Positions 53,940 through 64,000 of a stretch of DNA of 64,000 nt are shown in pieces. The stretch spans positions 22,382,001 to 22,446,000 of the forward strand of contig NC_043018.1 of assembly GCF_006345805.1 (NCBI RefSeq), read 5' to 3'. Source of the stretch: Octopus sinensis (lineage: Eukaryota). The notes beneath the pieces are model-generated. The model saw only the letters and a list, made by a program, of their open reading frames with translations, was not told the origin of the DNA and searched no databases. How positions within the stretch are numbered: position 1 is the stretch's first letter; every line of letters begins with the position of its first letter. A program made the position numbers and the translations under genes.

Positions 53940-54790
53940 CTAGCAGAATTGCCCGGCGTTGCTCGGGGCTGAATTGCTTGAAAGTACTGTTATGATTGCA
54001 CTGAATTATGATGATTATCCAGGCAAATATTGATATAAGTTACGGTGGGAGATAAGGACTTAACGATCAAACGTGTGCCATTGCATTGTTTTGGGGGAAC
54101 CAAATTTCTGATGAGCATTATAGGGGCACCAACTTTAAGTTTGAGAAAGTGTGGTGGTAGTCCGGGGTGCTCAAAGGAATTGAGTACCTCTATTGGATAG
54201 TTGATGACATCCTCTGGGTCAGGAGTTGTATCGATAGACTGATATACATAGACTTCCCCAGGAATGAGTTTTAGCATTTCATCATTAATATGGTGAACAG
54301 TTTTATTCCTCGGGGCCAGTATAGCCTTTATGCCAATCCAATCCATATTCTGATAATTAGCTTGTAGATCTGAGAACACTGCATCTCTGAGATCAGGAGG
54401 CGTCTTAACAATGGTACAAATGGAATCGATGGCAATATTACCATTTTCATACCCTGGTATTTTGCCTTCGCCAAGTGCAAGGAGGGTGTGAGGAAATGCT
54501 GCTGATGTGATATTACGTCGCATATGAGCACGCATATTGGTGTGAAGTTTGAGTGTTACTTCCCTTTATTTAAAAAAATATGCATTAAAATGGAAAAAAT
54601 GATGGTAAATTATTTTTAAAATCGTAAACTCATCATAGACGCGCGCTAATACCCAGAAGGGCTCGATATGAATCAACGACTATAAGATACCCGGTTTTTT
54701 GTTAAACTGCATCGCAAAATGTGGAGTAGTTAGGAATCTAAATCTAAATCGGAGTAGACAGACACACAACCTTTCTTTTATATATAAAGA
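53940..54790 (-). mobile_element. Helitron deletion derivative carrying a helicase fragment
   Basis: TC 5' end at 54790; CCCG..CGGG hairpin; CTAG 3' end at 53940; 5' ~240 bp shared with the non-autonomous family. Confidence 0.9.
54040..54510 (-). pseudogene. Helitron Pif1-family helicase C-terminal fragment
   Basis: AILAPRN...YQSID...YPIEVLNS...GLPPHFLKLKVGAPIMLIRNL...CNGTRLIV. Confidence 0.95.
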
Positions 54791-55104
54791 TTTTCGTCCG
54801 TCCTAAAAAACTTTGTGCGGAGTGAATGGTTACCTTTATGGAAATATATACACACACATTATACATACATGTGTGTATAGTGAATATATAATACATTTAA
54901 ATATCTATATACACTTTTGGGCGATCATTCTGCTACTTGGATATACTTTACATCTTATATTCGTCCAATTCGTCCTAAATAACTTTGTATGGAGTGAATG
55001 GTTACCTCTATGGAAATATATACACACACATTATACATACATGTGTGTGTCTATATACACTTTTGGGCGACTGCTACTTAGAGATACTTTAGATGTTAGG
55101 TGAT

Positions 55105-55879
55105 CTAGCAAAAAGGATGACCAGTTTGACTTGCTCATCCCTGTCACACACTCACACACACGCACACACACCACACACAACACCACGCACCCTCACACAC
55201 ACACAGACGCACACACACACACTCACACACACGCACACACACACACACACACCACACGTTAGCTTACAATTTATTTATATTTTGCGTGTCTATGTGTGTA
55301 AAGAGGAAGTGGGAGTAATATGCAGAGTGAAATGTTAAATAATTGAGTTTTCTCGAATTTTGTCTTAATTGGGGGTAAAATTGAAAGAAATTTTGTATGG
55401 CATGACCCAATGGAAGTACTTTGAAAAATCATGGGTAAACTCTAATTGAAGAAATTGTGTGAGGAGTAATCGTTATGTATTTATTTGTTTCTGTTTGCTG
55501 TGTTTTTTTTTAGTAGTGGTTTAAGGTACACTTCTCTCGTTTTATAGAAATAGTTTCACTTTAATCGTTGCGCACTTGCAAAGAGAAAGGAGTAGAAATT
55601 AGAGTGATAGCGTGAGTGAATCAGATCGCTTCGTTTGTGTGTGTGTGTGTGTGTGCGTGTGCTCTAGCCCACAATAAGAAAAGCACTTGACTTACACACC
55701 ACAATGTGAGTTTTCTCTAAATTTTGCTTAATTGGGGTTGAAATTTTAAAAACTGGACCTGGTATGACCCGATGCATTCTACTCTTAAAAATGCTAGGTA
55801 AATTGTAATTGAAGAAATCCTATATTGTAGATTTTATAAGAGACAAGGAGGCAGATAAAATCTGCCTTTTATAATAAGA
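55105..55879 (-). mobile_element. Second non-autonomous Helitron family (Y)
   Basis: Starts TCTTATTATAAAAGGCAG; ends with hairpin GGATGA..TCATCC then CTAG; body repeated at 62380-62685 and 63640-64000. Confidence 0.7.
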
Positions 55880-56270
55880 CTAGCAGTATCGATCGCCGGC
55901 GTTGCTCGGGTTTGTAAGGGAATAATTATATATAAGCATTTTTGAGATGTAAAGTATAATAAGCCATCTCAATATGGCTAACCACAAAGGGGGAGGGGTG
56001 TTACTGTAGCTTTTTACGTTCTGAGATTTATAATAAATTTAGAGAGTTACTTCCCTTATATATGTCAAAATGGATTAAAAATGGGAAAATTGAGGTAAAT
56101 TTTTTTTAAATCGTAGACTCATCGTAGACGCGCGCTAATACCGAGACGGGCTCGATATTAATCACGACTATAAGATACCCGTGTTTGGTTAAACTGCACC
56201 GCAAAATGTGGGAGTAGTTAGGAATCTAAATCGTAGGAGACAGACACACACCTCACTTTTATATTAAAGA
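55880..56270 (-). mobile_element. Non-autonomous Helitron abutting Y (CTAG|TC junction)
   Basis: Same family as 41125-41524. Confidence 0.8.
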
Positions 56271-56389
56271 TTTCCTTTATTTACATAATATTGAGGTCTC
56301 TTTCTTTCTTTTTTTATCTTACTGTTTTTTTACCAATATACATATATATATATATTATAATATATATATTATATATATAATATATATTA

Positions 56390-57065
56390 GTTACAGAGAT
56401 GTACTTGCATAGCAAGTGACTTGATCTGAGATCGTGTGCTGGAACGAAAACAGTTGCAGCGTTGAAGGTGTTTATAAGCCATTAAGAAACACACAAAAAC
56501 CGTTAGATTCACTCAACATTTAAATTTAATTTGTCAAAATATTTCGTCGCTTTGAAGACCGCGACTGTTAGCACGATATTTTTGTCAGTGAACAGGTGGC
56601 GGTCTCAAAGCGAGGAAAATATTTTGGCAATTAAATTTAAATGTTTGAAGTGATCTAACGGTTTTTGTGTGTTTCTTAAATGGCTTACAAACACCTTCCA
56701 CGCTGCAATATATATCTACACACATATATATATAAATATATATATAGTTACAGAGATGTACTTGCATAGCAAGTGACTTGATCTGAGATCATGTGCTGGA
56801 ACGAAAACAGTTGCAGCGTTGAAGGTGTTTATAAGCCATTTAAGAAACACACAAAAACCGTTAGATTCACTCAACATTTAAATTTAATTTGTCAAAATAT
56901 TTCGTCGCTTGAGACCACGACCTGTTAGCACGATATTTTTGTCAGTGAACAGGTCGCGGTCTCAAAGCGAGGAAAATATTTTGGCAAATTAAATTTAAAT
57001 GTTGAAGTGAATCTAACGGTTTTTGTGTGTTTCTTAAATGGCTTACAAACACCTTCCACGCTGCA
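56390..57065. repeat. Tandem duplicate (period ~358 bp) of the fold-back element
   Basis: gttacagagatgtacttgc at 56390 and 56748; each unit has ~110-bp inverted arms. Confidence 0.9.
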
Positions 57066-57854
57066 ATATATATATCTACACACATATATATATAAATATA
57101 TATAGTATGTATGTATGTATGTATGTCAGTATTGTATTTGTGTATATGTGTATGCATGTATGTGTGTGTGTGCGTGTCTGTGCTTGTGATTGTCCTCCAC
57201 CACTGCTTGACAACGAATGTTGGTTTGTTTACATCCCTGTCACCTAGTGGTTTGACAAAGGAAACAGATAGAATAAGTACAATGCTTACAAAAATAAAAC
57301 TGGAGTTGATTCATTATACTACAATTCTTCAAGGCATTGCCCCAGCATGGCCACAGACCAATGGCTGGAAAAAGCAGAAGAATAAAAGAATACATTCTCT
57401 GCTTTGGTCTTATGTTCAAGGCATGAGAAAGCTTGAGTTTACATGAGAAGGCCTAACAGACCTGGTAGAAACAGCAGCCAAATCTCCCTCAAATCACACC
57501 TTACTGTCTTATGTATGTATATATATATATATATGAGCCAATGGGGGGGACCTCTACATGGTAGCTAGACCTGGTAGAAATAGCAGCCAGACCTGGTAGA
57601 AATAGCAGCCAAATTTCCCCCAAATCACACCTTACTGTCTTATCTATGTATATATGTATGTATGAGCCTATGAGGGAGACCCCTACATGGCAGAAATAGC
57701 AGCCAAATCTCCCTCAAATCACACCTTACTGTCTTATGTATGTATATATATATATAACGGGAAGCTTTATGAAAATAAACAAAAGACGAAGGCAGGTGGA
57801 AAACAAACGAACAATTGTATTAGTATGGCACTCAGGAAATATAAATAAAACAAG

Positions 57855-57892
57855 TCTTTAACGTTTCGAGCCTACGCTCTTCAACAGAAAGA
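57855..57892 (-). ncRNA. Minimal type I hammerhead candidate with A6U core variant
   Basis: TCTTT CTGTTGA A GAGC-GTAG-GCTC GAAA CG TT AAAGA; perfect stems I and II. Confidence 0.5.
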
Positions 57893-58749
57893 TACACACA
57901 GAGAAAAAAAACACAGAAAGAAGGAGAGAAAAAAAATGCGTGCAGTAACTAACGAATCAACATGGTGATCTGATTTCGGCCAGAGGTCAAAGATCAAACA
58001 TGAGACGCGAGAGCGAAATAAGGGGAGATAATAGGGTTGATAATAGGGTTGAAGGACCAGCTATTAGTGCGTAGGAGGGGTCTGGACGTGTGTATGTATA
58101 GGGTTGGTGTATGTATTAGTATGTATTAGTATGTATAAGGTGTGTGGTGTGTGGTGTGTGTATGAGAGAGTATTAGTGCGTAGGATTGGTCTGGACGTGC
58201 GTATGTATGGGGGGGTGTATGTATTAGTATGTATTAGTATGTATTAGTACGTATTAGTATGTATAAGTGTGGTGTGTGTGTTATGAGAGAGTATAAGTGC
58301 GTATGAGGGGTCTGGACGTGTGTATGTATAGGGGGTGGTATGTATTAGTATGTATTAGTATGTATTAATAGTATTAGTATGTATTAGTTGGTGTATGTAT
58401 TAGTATGGCACATCATATATGATGTGATGTGTAAAGTCGTGTGGTGTAGTGAGGAGAAGAGGGGGAGGGGGAGAAGAGGGGAGGAGAGGGGGGAAGAGGA
58501 GGGAGAGGAGGGGGAGAGGGAGAGAGAGGAGGGGGAGAAGGAGGGGAGGAGGAGGGGGGGGAAGGAGGAAAGAGGGAGAGGGGGAGAGAGAAGGGGAGTG
58601 AGGGAGGGAGTGAGGGAGCAGAGGAAGGGGAAAAGAGGGAAGGAGGGAGGGAGAAAGAGGGAAGAAGGGAAGGGGAGTAGGGGTGAAGGATGAAGGTGAA
58701 GGACTGAAGAAGTAGGGCGGGGGGGAAGGATAGGTAAGGAGGGGGGTTA

Positions 58750-61616
58750 GATGAGGGGGGGGAGAGTGAGACCAAATGGCGTATAAGAGCGAAGAGAGAA
58801 GATTAATTCCTGTTCACGGCGCAAACGGGAATCCGGATGGCCTCTGTGTAAGGACAAACCGAACACAGATAGGTGTTGCAAGGAGTGACCGGTGGAGCGG
58901 AAATGGCGTGAGACGGTGTGTCGTTCGCAAGGTGGATGTCACGAAGGTGTGTTCCGCGAACGGTCAGCCAAGCGGCGTCCCGTTTGTCCGATGTACAAGG
59001 AATTGCAGAGAGAGCAAGAGATGCAATAGATAATATTGCTGGAGGTGCAGGTGAAGGAGTGGATGATGGAAGAGGGTCGATGGTGGGTGCTAGTGAGGCG
59101 GGTGGTGTTGGAGAGGTAAGGGCAAGTGCGGCAACGTGGGCGGGAGCAGGGGAACGAGCCGGGTTGGGAGGTAGGGTCAGGGAAGGAGCTATGGACCAAA
59201 ATGTCTCGAAGGTTGTGGGCTCGTTTGAAAGAGGGGAGGGGTCGGTTAGGGAAGAGGTGTGAAGTGGACGGGTCGGACTGGAGATGACGGAAAGCTCGAA
59301 GAATGGTGCGTTGGAGACGTAGGGTCGTGGGGTGGTAAGTGAGGGGAAAAGGGAGGCGGGAGACTACAGGGCGGGTTCGGGGAGAGGGAGAGAGAGAGCA
59401 GATACACGGTCCACGGACCGTGCTCTAGCAAGGGCGGTGTGGATAGTGGTGAGGGGGTATCCACGTAGGGTGAAGTGGTGAGCCATACGTTGAGACTGAG
59501 TCTCAAAGTCATGGTCGTCACTACAGAGCCTACGTAGACGGAGGAATTGGGAATAGGGGATGGAAAGCTTGGGGTGTTCTGGGTGGGAGGAAGAGAAGTT
59601 GAGGTATGAGTGTGAGTCTGTGTGTTTGTAGTGAATGGAGGTGGTAAGAGTGGAGTGAAGAATGCTAACCGAAATGTCGAGGAAGGAGACAGAGGTGTTG
59701 GAGATAGTGGAAGTGAAGTGGAGGGCAGGATGGAAAGATTGGCGACGAAAGAGAGAGGAAGGAATCTAGATGTTCGCGGGGAGAGTGAGGTGGCACCGAT
59801 AATGTCGTCAATGTAACGACCATATAGTTCAGGAGTGGGACCAGTGAAATTAGAGAATATTTGGGCCTCAACATAGCCAACGAACAGGTTCGCATAGTTG
59901 GGGCCCATTCGCGTTCCCATGGCCAATCCCGAGACCTGATGGTAGAACTCGCCCGCGAACGAGAAGCAGTTCAGAGTAAGGACAAGTTCGGCCAGACGAA
60001 TGAGTGTGGAGGTGTCAGGTACAGGGTTAGAGCGGAGGTCAAGAAAGTGTCGAAGGGCCTGCAGTCCTTCGTGGTGAGGGGATAACAGTATAGAGGCTTT
60101 GGGATGTCCATAGTAAAAAGGATTTTGGAGGAGCCGGGAGGAAAGGAGAAAGAGTTGAAAAGCCGGAGAGCATGGTTGTTGATATCGTGGATGTGGGAGG
60201 GAAGAGATGCTACTAGGGGGGCAAGGACACGGTCGAGGTATTTAGAGATGAGCTCCGTGGGGCAGTTACAGGCGGAGACGATGGGGCGGCCAGGGTTGTT
60301 GGGTTTGTGGATTTTGGGGAGGAAGTAAATGGTGGGGGTACGTGGGTTCGCATAATTAGGTTGGATGCGGTGCGGGGGAGACGGAGGACGACGAGATGAG
60401 GTCGTGGACAGTAGAGGATACCGTCTGTTGGTAGCTACGTGTGGGGTTAGAGGACAGAGGGGAATAGAAGGAGGGTGTCATTGAGTTGGCGGAAAGCCTC
60501 GGCCCTATAGAGGTCCGCGCGCCACACCACTACAGCTCCACCCTTGTCAGCCGGTTTGATGATAATGTCAGCGCGCCGTTGGAGGGAACGAAGAGCCAAG
60601 AGCTCAGCCGGGGAGATGTTGAGGCGGCGTTGGCGCCGAAAAGTTGAACCGCTCCAATGCACGCGACAAGCGCCCGCGAAAAGATCCACTGCTAGGATCT
60701 GGCCAGGGGCAGGCGTCCACGGGGATGGTCGGCGGCCCAGGCCAGTGAAGCAGTCCTCTTCTTGGGTGGGGTGGCGATGCGTCGTTGGTAATGCGCACCC
60801 AACCGGACACGGCGCACAAAGCTGTGGACATCAACTCGCGTCTGGAATTCCTTACAGGATGGAGTGAGGGGAATGAAAACGCAGACCCCTACCAAGGACG
60901 GAGCGTTCAGCCGCAGAGAGGGAAGATCGGGGGGAATGGTAACAACAGACGGAAGTGGAGAAGGGGTGGGTGGAATAGAAGTAGGAGGGGTGGTAGGTCT
61001 CGTGGAGGTCTGAGGGGGAGGGATTGGGGAGGTGTGTGTGGGGTGGTGGGGGGGCAGTAGGGTTAGGTGTAGGTGGATGGAGCCTATCGGGAGGGAGAAG
61101 GGTGGTGAGGAGGTTGGGGTGGTAGGTGGCGTCGGGTAGGTGGAATGGAAGAGTGATGGAGGTTACGAAGTTTGGTATCAGAAAGAAATGATGGAAGAGG
61201 TGATTCAAATGGATAATGAAGCGTAGCGTGTTGGAGCATAGAGAGGCGGCAGAGAGGAGAAGAAGGTGGAGAAAGCAGGAGGAAGAAGGCGGTTGATGGC
61301 ATGTAGGTTGGAGAGATTGGAGCGAATGGTGGTGGGAGAAGCCGGTGGCCGCATAGGCGGTAAGATGTGGTGCGGAGTATGGGTAAGATGGAAGAATCCG
61401 AGTGGAGAGCAGGGGGAAGTGGAGGCGGAAAAACTTTAGGGATGAGTCGGTGATGTAGGCAGCGGCTTAGGAAAGAGACATGGCTAGAGAAGCGGGTTTT
61501 TTTAAAAAGAAGTAGAGAGAGATTAACGGGCGGCTGAAGGCAATATACAGAAGAGAACGGAGATGATCCTTCAAACGGTGATGGAAGGTGAGGAGGTAGG
61601 ACCTAGGATCCGGCAT
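58750..61616 (-). pseudogene. Penelope-like RT + GIY-YIG endonuclease ORF, multiply frameshifted
   Basis: IIIKPADKGGAVVVW; AMGTRMGPNYANLF; YGRYIDDI; linker CSRPRCRTC; NIIYCISC...YIGQTGRRLADR; REQELIF..R...PFGL; ATG at 61616. Confidence 0.95.
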
Positions 61617-62379
61617 GATGGGATAGCGGGAAAAAAACGTTCGAAAAAAAACAAAAAAAACAAAAAACAAAAATTATCGTATGAAAAAATAGAAAAAAAA
61701 GGATAGCGAAAAAAAGGGGAAAAAACAAACGTTCAAAAAACAAAAAAATAATAATCGTATGAAAAAACTAGATAAGTAAACGATAGGGGCAGAACAAGAG
61801 GGGCAGAAAAGACGGGGCAAACGGAAAGGGAAGAAAGAAGGGAAGCAGAGAGAGGGGGAGGCAAAAAAAGGGGTGCAGGCAGAGGAAACGGAGTATGGAC
61901 ATCCAGAGAGGGAAGAAAGACGGAAAGGAGAACAAAAATGCAGGAAAATGTGGAAAGCATGAAATGAATGTAAAAAAATAGTAATATAAGAGAAAATAAA
62001 AATACAACAAACGGGACAGTTTATGCGAACAAGTTCAAGGTTGAAAGTTCAAGGTGAGAAATGTGTAGACGTCGTGGTATATTTTTTAAGGATTTCACAT
62101 CAATGCAAAGTCACTTTGATCCGCGAAAGAGAGGTGCAGCCAATGGTAAGTATCCAAGAGGTAAAGAAAATCCAAGGTAGAGGTAAGTGTTGATAGTGGT
62201 ATTGGTATACAAGCCACTACGGTTATTTAATGTAAAGTCTTCCTCAAATCACTCTCTTGCTATTTACTCTCTTCCAAGAACATTTTCACTCACTCTTATC
62301 TCTTAGCTTCCCATACATTTTACTCATGTATCTATCAGCGTCATAGACAAAACAAATATTACATCGCCATCGCCATCGC

Positions 62380-62685
62380 ATTCTATTGTCTACCTGTCAA
62401 CACACACACACGTGAATAGTTTCAGTTTATTCGTTGCACACTGTGTGTGTGCGTTTGCGTGTGCTGTAGCCCAAACTAAGAAAAGCATTTGACATATACA
62501 CCACAATGTGAGTTTTCTCTAAATTTTGCTAATTGGGGTTTGAAATTTTAAAAAACCGGACCTGGCAAAACCCGATGCATTCTACTCTTAAAGATGCTAG
62601 GTAATTGTAATTGAAGAAATCATATATTGTTGATTTCTATAAGAGACAAAGGGAGGCAGATAAAATCTGCCTTTTATAATATAGA
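62380..62685 (-). mobile_element. Helitron family Y, 5' portion
   Basis: Homologous to 55540-55879; TC end at 62685. Confidence 0.7.
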
Positions 62686-62701
62686 TATATATATATATAT
62701 A

Positions 62702-64000
62702 CTAGCAGTATCGCCCGGCGTTGCTCGGGTTTGTTTCGACCCGCTGGAATTGTAATTTTGAAAAGTAAAAATTTTGTGAACATTTTTCTGGTCGAAATAC
62801 ACCGAAAAGTGGCGACACAGCAGTGAAAAAATCGTAAAAAATAGGGATTTTCATAGAAAAAAGCATCTTTTTGATGTAAATAATTTTTGGTGTTAACATG
62901 GTCCGATTTGAATTTTATGTTCTACGGAAGGAAGAGCAACCCTTCTTCTACCATACTCTCAATTTTGGTCAACTTGCGCCGCAGGGTCTCGGAGGAGATA
63001 GTGTTAGTTGAAGGTTACCATTCTAGGTGCCTGAGTAACAACCTCGCGGATTTACAGATAAATGAATTAATTACTATTTTACAGAATAAAATTAAATAAT
63101 TCTTGAAAATTAATTAATATTAATATTTTTTGAACAAAGTAAATAATTTTTAAAACTTAAATAATAATTTTTTTTACACAAACGCGAACGGGGAAAAGGG
63201 GTGGCGAATTCAATTTACATACCTAAATTTTTTCTTTTTCATGAGATTGTAGCAAAATAGTAGTGAATTATATAAATACCAGCAGTAAATTTTTTTTTCT
63301 GGGGTATTTTTTTTCAACCTCGTCACATATTTGCCCCTTTCAATTTAAACAAAGTCTTAATTAAGCAATTACGGCAGCTTAGCAATGGTTTCAATACAGG
63401 CGTGACATGTGTATCTCAATTGTTCAAAACCCTTCGAATTTTTCGCACGTGATGATATCATAGTAAAAACTTCAATTACGCGCGCTTAGAAGTACGCTCG
63501 CAAATTAATACTACCAAAATTTTGAAGTTCGCGCCCGCTGTTGTGTGTGTGTGTGTCGTGCTTTAGGTGTACGTAGGTATGTGTTTTTTGTGGTGTGTGT
63601 CACTGAAGCCATACATATATACATACATAACCTCTCTCTCTCTTTTCTCTCTCAGTCACTCACTACAAAAAGTGAAAAAAAAAGTTCAGTTATTCTGTCT
63701 TTCACTCTGTCTGTCTCTTTACACACACTAACAAAAGCACTTCACTTACACACCACACTTTCTGTGTCGCACAACCCATCAAACACACACACACACAACA
63801 CACACACTCACGCACGCAACATGTACATCAATGCTTTCGGAGTGAAATGTTAAAATATTGAGTTTTCTCGAATTTTGTCTTAATTGGGGGTGAAATTGAA
63901 AGAAATATATTATGGCATGACCGAATGGAGTACTTTGAAAAATCTTAGGTAAACTCTAATTGAAGAAATTGTGTGAGAGAGTAAATCGTTATGTATTTAT
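62702..64000 (-). mobile_element. Helitron 3' end and composite body running off the window
   Basis: ctagcagtatcgcccggcgttgctcggg terminus; family-Y-like sequence at 63640-64000. Confidence 0.65.

Larger units (their letters stand above)
57770..61620 (-). mobile_element. Near-complete Penelope-like retroelement, Neptune type
   Basis: ORF remnants plus a G-rich/tandem-repeat 3' region and a hammerhead-bearing pLTR. Confidence 0.9.

Overview
Repeat-saturated, AT-rich eukaryotic non-coding DNA. The SINE families, microsatellite load and Penelope/Helitron content strongly suggest an Octopus genome (inference). There is one 100-N gap. I could not identify a host protein-coding gene; almost all ORF-track entries are microsatellite or SINE read-throughs. 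Recognisable coding remnants all come from transposons: a frameshifted, near-complete Neptune-type Penelope-like element (RT + GIY-YIG, about 57.8-61.6 kb, minus), a shorter internally deleted Penelope-like element, a Dong/R4-type LINE 3' end (RLE nuclease) in (TAA)n, CR1 and Tx1/L1-type fragments, a gag zinc-knuckle ORF1 remnant and a Helitron Pif1-helicase fragment. Hand-folding shows 8 minimal type I hammerhead-ribozyme-like motifs at 6 loci, each with a palindromic stem III and several with core variants. Two of them bracket a deleted element whose copy ends at the predicted cleavage site, and two lie in a 635-bp near-perfect palindrome. Other unexplained structures: 120-130 bp units tandemly duplicated with microsatellite spacers, a Helitron flanked by a 32-bp direct repeat, and SINE multimers that reuse the same head-to-tail junction at five loci. 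Repeat boundaries were read by eye and are approximate.
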